From Trypethelium eluteriae (Eukaryota), in the NCBI GenBank assembly GCA_051942245.1, contig JAVECL010000037.1, positions 1 through 64,000 of the forward strand: a DNA stretch of 64,000 nucleotides, written 5' to 3'. Both the position numbers and the translations under genes were made by a program. Numbering within the stretch: the stretch's first letter is position 1; every line of letters begins with the position of its first letter. Below, piece after piece: positions 1-12,052 of this stretch. The notes beneath the pieces are model-generated. The model made no database searches. It was not told where the DNA came from and saw nothing but the letters and a program-made list of their open reading frames with translations.

Positions 1-735
1 CCATTGGCCCCTTCAAGCTCATCTCAGCCATCACGCTGGTTCACGAATCTGCGGGAGTCGTCCACAGTACCGGGTCAAAAGTCGATATGGTCAAGCCTGG
101 AGACCGCGTCGCCTTGGAACCCGGCAAACCCTGTCGTCAATGTATACGATGCAAGGAAGGAAAGTACAATCTCTGCCCTGATACAATGTTCACAGCAACA
201 CCGCCTTTCCATGGAACTCTCGCAAGGTACTACTTAATACCGCAAGACTTCTGCCTCAAACTACCAGACCACGTGTCTCTCGAAGAGGGCGCATTAGTTG
301 AGGTATACTACTCTTGAATTGAAATTCGAAGGAATGCCTGGATCTAACGCAACTTAGCCGACAGCGGTAGCCGTCCACATGACTAGGCAAGCCAATATTA
401 AGCCCGGAGAGAAGGTCGTTGTCTTTGGTGCTGGACCTGTTGGGTCTCTCTGCTGCGCCATCTCCCGGGTATTCGGTGCCTCCAAAGTCGTAACCGTCGA
501 CATCATCGAAGAACGTGTACAATTTGCCAAGAAATTCGCAGCAACGCATTCTTACGTAGCTCGAAAGGAATCTCCAGAGGACGCCGCCAAGCGACTGATT
601 GAAGAGACTGGACTCGTAGTTGGAGCTGATACGGTCATCGATGCTACAGGAGCCGAGCCATGCATACAAACCGGTATCCTCGCTCTACGGGTTGGCGGGA
701 CTTACCTAAGCCTGAGAGCAAGAGCAAAAATCTAG
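1..735 (+). pseudogene. Zinc-binding xylitol/sorbitol (polyol) dehydrogenase; 5' end outside window, 3' end apparently truncated
   Basis: Shows GDRVALEPG, the structural-Zn CxxCxxC..C (CRQCIRCKEGKYNLC), intron 303-357 joining to EPTAVAVH, and the NAD motif VFGAGPVG. The catalytic GHE reads VHE. Similarity ends after GGTY (~706) and a stop follows. Confidence 0.75.
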
Positions 736-984
736 CTAAAGCTACGTTAGTACAAATAAGGTAATAACCACCCATGGAACTACATTCCGTCTGATCCTTC
801 CGCAAGGTCCTCAGAGGCAACTTCCCTCAACAGAGGTGCGGTCACGCTCGTCCAAATTTTGGATCTGTAACTTCCAAAATCAACGAAATTCGCTGCCATG
901 TCTGTAGGGATAGTGGGTTTCTGTCACTAAAACTCGAATGGACATTTGCTCATGGAGAACTCGCCTAAAATTTCCTAGAAAGCC

Positions 985-1160
985 TTTTTGATGTTGTAAC
1001 AAAAAACTGAATGGGTGGTGAAAGCTTGTAGATTAAGCTATGGAGGTGAGGACATCTATATACATGAACAACTTCACGAACCTCACTCGTAATCACGTGA
1101 ATAGGATTGCTAATAGAAAGGTAAATTGCCTTCTCACACATCAAATGCAAAATCACTTTT
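985..1160 (-). repeat. ~175-bp dispersed repeat, copy A (empty site for the palindromic element)
   Basis: Reverse complement aligns by eye with 10208-10306 plus 10490-10555 (gatgtgtgagaaggcaat, cacgtga, gagtgaggttcgtgaa, atgtcctcacctccata, tctacaagctttcaccaccc, acaacatcaaaaa). Confidence 0.9.
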
Positions 1161-2062
1161 GAAGTTGGAAAAGTCGAAGCCGATCATGTCTTACTCTATA
1201 TGGAGTAGGTACCTTATATCCTCTAAGGTAAAACCTATGTGATTAGTAAGCCACACTAAGCCCCTGGCGCTCCTACCAATCCCGCCACTCCCACTACTCC
1301 CGGGGCTGCCACCGCTGTGGTGACTAGTCTTGTGCTACGCTCGCGCTGCACCCAAGACGGCTTGAGCACGGGACCCTAGTCCGCCTGCGCGAGATGCACG
1401 AGCTCGATTCGAATGGTAGGTCCGACTAGGGCGGCGAACTGGACGGAGATTGGCGATATCGAAAGTGGATCCATTCACTCTGTCGTTTCAATACAAATCC
1501 GCAACTTACGCGACTTACGCGACTTGAGTCTACCGTACGCCCTCTGTCTGGCCAGAATTCTCTGCAGACAAAGAAAAAGTTTGAGAAAGGAATAGCGTGA
1601 GGATGGCACTCTGTAAGATCGACTCAATTGAACCCCCACACGCGCGGTACACGCAGCAAAAGAAATATGGATTAGGCTGGGTCGGCTGCATACCGCGTCG
1701 GCATATACCAGGGTAAGACCCAGATCCAACTACATATGACGATCTCTGCAGTCGTGGTATGTACCTCTCGTATTAGCGGTCGCCCCGCATGACCTGAGTC
1801 CTTTCAGCCGTGCTTGGCTGCTTAGGGGCGGTAATATGTGCTGAGGGTCTCAATCAGCCCCGCGTCACCCACCGGTTTGCAGCTCGCCTCGCCTTCCAGA
1901 GCTTTCGACAAGGTTTCCATGCCTACCACCGTAGAATTCGGAGCGGCCACCAGTTACTAAGTGGCTGGCCGTCCTATGATTAGAAACCACTCATTGTAGT
2001 GTTTAAACGTCGCCGCGAGGAGCAACGGACCCTGGAAGATCTGCATTCGCAATTGTTACGAT

Positions 2063-4603
2063 ATGGCACCTACGGAATCGGAAAACATTGTCATTGAAGA
2101 CTTTCGCCGCCACACAGATCCTGAGAGGCCCAGGAAAGATGTCTGGTGTCCCAACTCGAATTTTGAAAAGAGCGACGAGCTAGATTTCTTTGTACCAAAA
2201 AATCAGCTAAAAGAATATTTTGATAGACATTTGGAAGAGATACTCTCGGCCCTTTCAGAAGATATTGGAATAAGATTTGTCGAGCCCAGACTTATTCGAG
2301 ATGGTTACCTCAAGATATTTGCAATACTTCTACGAATAAGGAGAGAAGCTTGGATTCAATATTTTCTGAACTTCCCGTCTCTCAATGATAACAAGCTCCC
2401 TTTTGAAGTCAAACCTCATGACTTTCCCGTCGTGACAGAAGACGACCGCTTCTTTTGGACTTCGTTCAACAAGTGCCAATGGATGTTCTGTGCTCCAGAA
2501 GTCAGATACACGCCGAGATGCAAGTGGAATACTCAGATTGTGCTACCAATAATTTTTAAAGAAAGGATTGCAAGCGGAAGGAGTGCCGATACGTATAAGA
2601 TCCGGATTCACCCCGATTACAATCATTTACATCGGAATAACATGGTTCGTTTGTACTCGTCCCCATCTCTTCTTACGTTAAGTGAAGTTTCAGCATCACG
2701 GTGAGGAGAAAGATGTATTTGTCTTAAAGACGTTTCGCCGAAAAGCGTGCAAGCTTTATAGAAAAGAGATACTGGCATATGAAGCAGTTCGTAGGAGCTT
2801 TGACGGACGAACTGAGAGTGGCATCATTGGATTCTATGGCAGTTTCGAACACAGAGAAGCATTCAACGTGATTTTAGAGTATGCCAACCATGATACCCTG
2901 GAAGAATATATGACGACGCTTCCTCCACCAATGAAGACTGAAGACATCTTTTTGTTTTGGGAGAGCCTTCTCATTCTCACAAGAGCATTGCAAGGGTTAC
3001 ATGCAGTCACTTACTGTGAAGGAGGCATCAATATAACAAAAAATGGGTAGGTCAGTAACATACATGAAAACACCAACTCAATGAATGTAGGTGGCATCAG
3101 GACATCAGGCCTACGAATATTCTCTGCCAATTGAGCGAAGGTCAATCACCTTATCAGTGCATGTTCAAATTGGCCGATCTTGGATTAAGCCATTTGATCG
3201 ATTACGAACAAGAGTCTCATATGGCCCTTGATAACAGCGGGGCGCGTATCTACAGTCAGCATCCCGATTTCTCTGATAGCACTGGTTGATTCTAACTTTC
3301 AAAAGGTGCTCCTGAAGCATATAGAGCTGACAGTATCACTGGCCGCTGTGATCGCGTGGTATCTGAAAAAGCCGACGTTTGGTCTCTTGGCTGCATCTTG
3401 GCAGAAGCTGCTGTCTGGATTATTACGGGTCGGCTTGGCCTTGAGGACTTCAGGAACCGAAGAGCGAAAATGAACTCGACATTGCAAGGTCTAGGATGCT
3501 TTCATGATGGCTTAAAACTTCTCGGATTGGTGGATAAAACATTGAAAGACTTGATTGAATACCGGAGAATAAGCGATCCAGTGACGGACAGACTAATTCC
3601 ATTGATATTGAAAATGCTTTGGCGAGAGACACCACGCCCATACGCACGAGATCTCTGGATCGAAGCCCGAAGCGTCCTTGAAGTGTCTAGGCAGGGGTCT
3701 ATTGCATCCCCTAGTTCTCAGCGATCTCTTGAGAGTATATCGACCGTCCATCCCTTGGACCCACCAACGCCTGAAAGAATACCATCTCATGGAAAGTCAG
3801 AATGGCGAGATGTATCATACGATATCAATGGAAAAATCGCTATTTTGCCGACACAGAATTCACAGACAAACAGTTCAGGCCTTGAAGACAGTCAAAGGTC
3901 ACCACCATCGCTTCCCACGTCACAAGGCTCTTCGGAATTCAGCTCAACTGGACGACGATCTATAACAGAATTAATCAGTCCAGGTGGGTTGGACAAAGCA
4001 ATGACGACGTCGCCCAAAAGAGAAAGTCTCTTTCCCATGATTCAGCAAACTCCTCCAGACATGCGCGGCCTCGCACGATTAATTGACTTTGATGGCGACG
4101 TCGACGAACGGAATGAGAACGGCCAAACACCCATAATGGTTGCTGCCGACATGGGGGACTTCAAAGTCGTCAAACTCTTACTCGGCAAAGCCCGACTGGA
4201 TATACAAGACAAGCTGGGACAGACCTTGCTCCATCAAATTCCGAAGAAACATGGAGGTGAAGACATGCTTGAAATGATTCTATCTCATGCCCGAGTCAAT
4301 GGCAGGCACATTGAAGTTAACGCGGCTGGCATCGGCGGGCGTACGCCATTGCATGAGGCCGTGAGAGCCGGAAAGAGCAAAGCAATAAGGCTGCTTATCG
4401 AGCACGGCGCAAACGTCAATAGTAGGGATAACCGCCGTACGCTACCATCGACAATCGCAATCGAGGGAGAAAAAGTGATGGCTCTAGAATACTTGCTCAA
4501 ATATGACTGCAAGATTGACCCGGACCAGGCGGATCGAAGAGAGATCAGCAAGGACATTAAATGGATGCTTAAACGGTACCAAAAGCTACCCAAAAAGAAG
4601 TAA
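2063..4603 (+). CDS. Ser/Thr protein kinase with C-terminal ankyrin repeats
   Basis: Introns 2645-2693, 3047-3090 and 3255-3305 join VFVLK, WHQDIRPTNIL, KLADLG, YSAPE and DVWSLGCI. Ankyrin motifs GQTPIMVAA and GRTPLHEAV follow. Confidence 0.85.
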
Positions 4604-4618
4604 TTACAGGGATATCTA

Positions 4619-4799
4619 CCTTGCAGCGGCTGGGGGGTTCCCCAACAGGTAATCAATACAATGTTACCTCAGTTTAACTGTTATGACCATGTTGGCCCAT
4701 ATTAAGGCGGTGTTAACATGGACCAATAAGGTCTTAACAGTGAATTCGAAATAACATTGGATTGATTACCTATTGGGGAACCCACCAGCCGCCGTAAGG
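4619..4799. mobile_element. 181-bp palindromic MITE-like element, copy 1
   Basis: TA-ccttgcagcggctgg...ccagccgccgtaagg-TA. Whole-length imperfect inverted repeat with the same length as three other copies. Confidence 0.9.
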
Positions 4800-4976
4800 T
4801 ATTCTTCCACGACGCACGAGGTCTCATGTACTCCGTCGTCGACGAAGCATACAAGGTGCCCAAGGACCGAAACAGTAGAACCGTCGCCACATGAAGCCAC
4901 ACAACTGTTACTTTTATTCGCATTTCTAGATCTGAGCGGTATAGAGAAGAGAAGTTTGCGAATTCTGAGATCTGTC

Positions 4977-7164
4977 TTAAACAGCGTTCTGTCCGCTTCG
5001 AGAGAAATCCCACCACATTTTGAGAGTTGTAGGAAGCTTTTCTTGGACAATTTCAGCATCCGGCCGCATGGAATTCGGTAGATCTTTTGCTTTCAACGAA
5101 TGATACTTAACAACGGCCGAGGTCGGAATCGAGAACAAATAGTTCATCTCCTCAAGTGCTGCTCTCTCTGGGTGATTTGTCTCCGGCACCAGAAACCACA
5201 CGAGTATCGCAGCTAGGAGATCAAGGCCTCTGTACTTTGTCAATAGGGCTGAGATGATCGCACGGTACATGATTTGACTTACGTGAATATGAAGAGCAGC
5301 GTGGTAGGGCCAGAATGTATTGATTCATCTGATGGCGAAGTCCAGGACAACGGAACGAAGAAAATGACGAGGGAGCCAAGGACGAAATTTACGAAACAGC
5401 TCCAAGACATTCCGGCCTCACGGTTGATGAGGGGGAACACTTCACTTGAGTATAGGAAAGGGACGACGCCGGCACCTGGTGAGTAAGCTGCTGTATTGAG
5501 GACGATGAATAGTATGACAATGCCTGTGTGGACACCGCCATTGTTGCCGTTGGTTGAGATAGTCAAGCTTAAGGCTTGACCTATGATGAGAGGAATCATC
5601 AGAATGAGGGAGCCTAGCAGCAGAAAGCGGCGACCCTTAGTGTCAATATACCAATAGCCTACGGTGGAAAAAATTGCATTGCACGCTGCCCAGGCGAAAC
5701 TAGACCACAAGCTGATAATTGGTCTCGTACCCGAGGCGGTTAGGAAAGATGCCACCAAGAACGCGAAGATATTGATACCTGTCAGCTGCCTGTATAGACG
5801 TCAGGATATGTATGCTGGAGGGAGCGCTGCACGTACTGGGATGCCATCACAACGGCGCTCGCAAGCGCGGCTCTTCTGTTCCTGACAATCGAGAATAATT
5901 GCCGGACACGCAAGATGTAGCTTGACCTAGCAAGTTCAAGACTATATGTCCAATAGACTCTCCAATTTACGAGCCTTTGTCTTGCACTTGTTTCCCCTGC
6001 GAACATCGACATTTCCACCCTCAATTGAGCGTAGATGTAATAGAGATCCCTTGCGGCTTGTAATTCGGTACCTCGGAGATCTCGGAGGACTTGAAAGGCT
6101 TCTTTATACCGTTCCTTTTTGATCAGCCAGCGCGGTGATTCGGAACAAGCCCAAGCAAGAGTGACAAAGGTAATTGATGGGATAAAACTGCTGGCTATCT
6201 GCAGCCTCCAGTTATTGAGGAAGATGAGGTTGGCTGAAGCGCCGAGGAATATTCCTGTAGCTGTAAAGACTTGCCATGAGACCAAAAGGCGACCACGACG
6301 GGCACCCGGGGAAACCTCAGCCTCAAAGATGGTGACAACTGAGGCTTTCGCGCCATACCCTACACCAAGGAGCAGGCGGGCAATCAGCAACTCTGGCCAA
6401 GTACGACAATAGCCCGACCACACTGATGCCACAAATGTGCAGGTCCCTGCGGTTATCAGTGCACCACGTCGACCCCAGAATTTGTCGTTTAGTATGTCCG
6501 AAAGCCAAACTCCGATTGTACAGGCGGAGAAATAGATCGCAGCATTAATGGCATTAAATATCCACTTTCTTTGAGTATTGCAGGTTCCGTCGGTTCTGAC
6601 GCCGATACTACCAGGAAGTTCACACGGCCAATTTAGATTCGCTCCAGTCATGCTTGCTTGCGTCCAACCTTGGACTATGGCGCCGACGCAGCAAGTCAGC
6701 AGGATGAGATTGAGCGGCTTGGTCTGGTCGCGTAGGCGTGCTTTCTTTTCCAATTCTAGAGCTTTGAACTCGACGTCATCCAGAGATGAGTCGGATTCGA
6801 GCAGAGAAGATGCCGGTCGAAAGCTGTCTGAGTCTCCCTGTGGATCCAAGCCATTGGGATCCTGTGCGAGGATCGCGCCCCGGATGAACATCGCTTTCGT
6901 GACGACGCGTCTGAGCGCGGCTATTTGCTCTTCAGGTTGGCCTTCCAAAGCACAGTCGTAGAAGAGGGCAGCATCTTCTCTGAGGAGAAAGGGATCGCGA
7001 GAAACAAGGGGATCGTTGACTGGCCCGAGGTGATCGAATTCCATTTTTTGTTCATATCTTCGCTCTTCTTGATGCATGCCGGTGAAAGCTTTACGTGATC
7101 CGGATCTCTCAGTAACTGTGGTTGAGTTCGATAGCGCTCGAACATGCTCGCTTTCACTCGACAT
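4977..7164 (-). CDS. MFS sugar porter family transporter
   Basis: Multiple TM helices with DKFWGRRG, RLLLGVGYG, E.SP...RG.L, ESPRWL, DTKGRR, YSSEVFP and VPET motifs. Two introns near 5785-5837 and 5233-5282 (approximate). Confidence 0.88.
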
Positions 7165-10100
7165 GATTGAAAGTCGTAATGCTTGGAGAGCCGGATGTCT
7201 TAGAGAAGCTTGACGACTGTAAACGGCAGCAGTTGTGTCGGTCAAAGTATGAATGAAAAATCGATACACGTCTTTACCTCGCAATTGTTGGATTCGCTCC
7301 AGACTGACGTCGATTGGACAGACTAAGACGCACACCATGCATCTGCATCTCGAGCGGGAATGATTACGGAGGGCGCGGAGGTCAGCCGTACATTACCTCT
7401 AAGCAGCGCGTTGTGCATCGCGTCTCGCTCTCCTGTGACCATGCATCACCGTACAGATACTTCGTCGGAAACGTCCGAGATAGACCTCGACGTTGTCTCA
7501 TCAGACAGAGATGCTGGAATGGTTGCTCGGGTTCTGCTCAGGCCACAGCTTCAGCATTGGTCGTTAGTCTGCTCATACTTTCCAACTGCTTTCTTTTACT
7601 TGGCATTTTGATGCCCAAGGTTTAGTGTGATCATCTTGCAGCAATTGCCCGACATTAGTCTCGGCTAGCCAACAAATCGATGGCTGAGACAAGGCTTACT
7701 GCAATTTGTGCTGAGTTAGGTAGTATCGAAGTGGAAATGGGTTAAAGGTGTCGAGGTGTGGGGAAGTGGCTAGGTCGTATTTCCACTAGTACCAATTGGG
7801 GAAGCTCAAAAATTCGAATCGCGATTTAGCGCAGTCATTATTGAGCGGTGTCTCGGATAAAATGGCTTTTGTGAAGATCGACAACATTACAGCTGTGCTT
7901 CTCGGTGTCTATTAGGAAGCAAGTAGGACCAAAGTATCGCATATTTCAGCTGCGAACGTCAGCCATATTACACCGCGACGGAGCACTCGGCCGGGTTGAC
8001 ACAAATACATGCTGACCATATAAGTGACCGAGCACTGACAGCACAACCATGGCCATTGGCGAGAAGCCAAGTTATGCAGAACGGATCTTTGCAATGGATA
8101 CTTATTGATATATTCTTCTGGACGTCTTGACTCGTTAATCACCACTCTCTCGGGTTTTCTTCTCGATTGCGCTTCTTTTGAGTCGCTAGGTTCGTCAGCA
8201 TTCGAGATATTGCTTCCCACTTCAGGACACATTACGCGTATCAAGGCTTACAACATGCGTCTCAGTAACTTGAGGCTTGTATCGGTATAGAAGATGCTGA
8301 TCTGCGCGGAACTGTTGTAGAGTATTCATTTGCCTGCACATAAGTCTACGGCCAAGACAAGATATTCTCAAAACTGCATCACCGGCATTAGCAAGTGGTC
8401 TCTAAAGTCCGCCGTAATCCACGATTTAACGTGAAGGTTGGGCTTCTCACGCCACCCAAAACATCAAACTCTATCTTATTCTGTCCAAAATCGTCGAATA
8501 ACGTTTCCACTCCATTGCATCTATAGCGTAAGCTTGTCGGCACCGAGTTGTCGCCATTCGTTGCCGAGTTATGGATTTTCAGAGCTAAAAACTAAGCTTC
8601 GCGCGGATTTTGGCCGCGCGACTTCTTGATGAGACAAATCCTTAGCGAGCTTAGTCATGCGACTCGCGGATAGCTTATACTTTGACTGAGCTTGATGTCA
8701 TTTGTAGACAAAACGCGGTAGGCTGTGCTGTGCAGCCATAGTATGCCATCACACCACCAGAAGCCAATTGTCTTTAGTATGAAGCGAAGGCGCAATGTGG
8801 CTGACAGCTGGATGATGTTCTCAAACAAGATGAAATCTCAGCCGCAACTTAGAAGGTATCTAACGCAGGTTTCCTCCAAGGAGCTTCCAGAGGTCTTCTC
8901 CCTAGTTCAAAGAGATCATGTTCGCCATTATACACATTACATCCATGATACTGTAACCGTCTAGAGATCGCCGCTAAGTAGCTGTGGTTCAATGCTTCGG
9001 TGGCTGTGGCCAACGTACTTCCACAAATTCCCTTCCCCTTGCACAGAGCGGACTAACATTCCTAGATATTCGCTTCCTGACTGCCTGCTTCCTGAACGCC
9101 TATTGCGACGAATTTCGATCCGGTCAATGTCCAACCACAACCGTCTTCGTATCATATTACTCGGGCACGACCCTGGTGGAAAGGCGTATCCAACGTCCGA
9201 AAAATATGGATAATCGCAAGCCGAATATGATAAAAAGAGCGCGCCGGGCGATTAGAGTTTATTCGATGGGATTCACGTGCTTGTGCTTGGAATGTAAATT
9301 CTGATTTATACGTTGCCGCAGTTATTGGCTTTTTGGACCAGGAGGCGCAATCCGTATTATTCGGTCCACTGCTGTGGAAGATACCCAGCCTCACTTTTCT
9401 TTCCACCAAGCGCCATGCCAAACAGCTTCCCGTGCAGCGCAATGCTCAGCGAAGAACGAGTGAATGTTGACGATTATTTTTTGCGAAGATGGACCGAGGA
9501 TGAATTGCGTAGGGAGCAGCGTCTAGTGAAACCACGAAAGACTTGGTTAACAAGAAGGCGATCGGAGAGTCTACTATAAAGATTGATTTTGAGCGTCCGT
9601 GTTGTTTCGCTAACACCACGCTAATGCTCGATTAACCTGTATGTAGTTGGATCCTCCTTCGTCCATACTATGACTTCACTTCACAATAAACAGTATATAT
9701 ACCATCACCTGAAAGCCTCATCTCCCAAATAGCACTGGGCGCGCTATGTCCCGCGAAGAAAGAAGCAAAGAACAAACCTCTACCATCAGCTCCTATCTTA
9801 TCCTATCCACTGCCTCCCCTCCCCTACCATCAACAACTTCTATCTTCTAGCCCTTGCAAGCAGACGCCTCCTAGACCAAATCCATACACCCTACCCCCGC
9901 CCTCTTTGTCACCGATACCCTCACCCTATGCCCTGTCCGATAGATGACATAGGGACATATGACATAATCAATGAAGCCTTGACGGTCAACGTATCAGCGT
10001 CGTGGGAGCTGTCCTCAGGACTCATGCATGACCATGCATATCATCTCAAATTCATCTTCGAAGTAAATCTATAATTCGATAGACTAGCAAACTGATTCAG

Positions 10101-10207
10101 ACACTGCAAAAACTCCATTCAATTTGCATTCATAGTGATAATTCCATTCTTTCAATGTCAGTAGCACTGATAGTGCTTCCTAATCCAACAACCCTGAGAG
10201 CACGAGG

Positions 10208-10555
10208 AAAACTGATGTTGCATGTGATGTGTGAGAAGGCAATCTTATTAGCAAATTGGCAATCCTATCACGTGAATGGGAGTGAGGTTCGTGAATTGGC
10301 TATGTACCTTACCGCGAAGGGGGGGTTCCTCAACTGGTAATCAATACAATGTTATTTCGAATTTACTGTTATGACCATGTTGGCCCATGTTAAGGTGGCG
10401 TTAACATGGGCCAAAATGGCCATAACACTTAAACTGGGGTAACATTGTATTAACTACCAGTTGAGGAACCCCCCCTCCGCGGTAAGGTATATAAATGTCC
10501 TCACCTCCATAACTTGATCTACAAGCTTTCACCACCCCATTTACAACATCAAAAA
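10208..10555 (+). repeat. Dispersed repeat copy B, interrupted by palindromic element copy 2
   Basis: Inverted paralogue of 985-1160 carrying a 181-bp insertion plus an extra TA. Confidence 0.9.
10307..10487. mobile_element. 181-bp palindromic MITE-like element, copy 2
   Basis: TA-ccttaccgcg...cgcggtaagg-TA. The paralogous empty site is at 1061-1062. Confidence 0.92.
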
Positions 10556-10794
10556 CGCGAAGAAAAGAAAGTCAAGACCAACTCCAAACTCCAACTGAAG
10601 TCTCAAGTCTATAATCCGGCTGTAGGGACCGCAGCCATGCTGGGAGGAGTTTCACTATTAAAACCTCGGCTACTGTCGCAAAATATTCCGAGCTCGCAAG
10701 TGTACAACCGCAGGAGGATGTGATCGTGTCTGCGAGTTAAGGCACTATTAAGTAGTGCAATGCCGCACCAAAGAGTAGCATTGTCCATGATAAT

Positions 10795-10941
10795 ATAAAG
10801 TGCGGGTCGTTGACGCTAGCGACACTCCTGTATTGCTATTAAGCCATTATCCAGTCTTGGTTCTTGCAATCGCTGAACAGGCTGTTGACATCAGACTTTC
10901 GAGCAGATGAGAAGTTGATAGGCTGTCCGGGGTTACTCATT
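10795..10941 (+). pseudogene. Duplicated 3' fragment of the GMC oxidoreductase pseudogene
   Basis: Near-identical by eye to ~17471-17617 (gttgacgctag...cctgtattgctatta..ccattatccagtcttggttct...gatgagaagttgata). Confidence 0.8.
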
Positions 10942-12052
10942 TCAGCCTCCCGCCACACAGCCTAGTTGCGAACACCAAAAACACAGCTACAGCCATTGAT
11001 GAGAAATCAGCTGATGTCTACAATCGGGGGCTTGTCCGTGAAGGGTATCATGATAAAGTCTTATTGCGATCATCCATGGGCCGAGGCAAGAATTGATGGG
11101 TCACCCATATGCTATATTGAGGCTCATGGCAGAGCTTCGGTGGTCTATAAATTCTTTCATCTCCTGGTGAACCAACGTTTTAATGGTATTTCCCGGTCTT
11201 TGTAGCCCGATTGACGGTCGATCATTCGATATCAAGAGCTTTTCAGTGGTTAGAGTCGATGCAATCTTCCATGTACTCATATAATTTAGTCAATAGTGGA
11301 GAACGTGGAACGAACACCCTCACTTCTCAAGAGAACGCTTGCTATCTAATAGAAAAGAGGACCTGCTTGCTCAGACGACAACGCCTGGAGTGTCTAATAC
11401 CCTCTCTGGATCACAAGTTTATGTCTGACATCTACACGCGATGGCTCGATTGAGTTTGATCTTTTGCACTTCCGATACTGCGCCGATGCTGTTGTGCGGG
11501 ATAATATTCTGCACCAAGATAGCACCGAGCGGGGGCCCTGACAGATTCTCAGGTTCGCTCCTGATATGCGTTTAACCACCATTCTTATGATGTCTGTTCG
11601 TTAGCTACCGAAGTTTATCAGCAGCTGTGACTGCTTTTCTGTACGTTTTGTTTCAGATACCAAACATCAGAGAAGGCAAGAATGGATCGTGTAAGATAAG
11701 AGTTCGATCAGCGAAGATCAAAACGAGGGCAAAGCTGGTCCTTCATCCCGTATAGGAGGCAGAGCTGAACACTAAACGGCCTCGAATACTTTCTATTAGA
11801 CCACATATCTTTCTTCACAATCACATATGATTGTAATCGTAACAGCGAGCAAGCGTTTACGCAACATGCTCACCGCGAAAGCGACCCAGGGTACTTAAAA
11901 AAGGAGTTGAAGGAGCACAGCAGTCTTACACAAAGAAGACTTTAGTGATTATCAGAATTTTCGATTTCGCTCTTTTTAGGCAAAGGAAAAGGTTGGAACA
12001 TACCTTCTCAGAAGACGAGAGGAGAAAGATTGACCTAGAAGGTCTACCTTAT

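Noticed and set aside
8725..9579. Short plus-strand ORFs that may be a decayed gene
   Set aside because: No family-level evidence visible.
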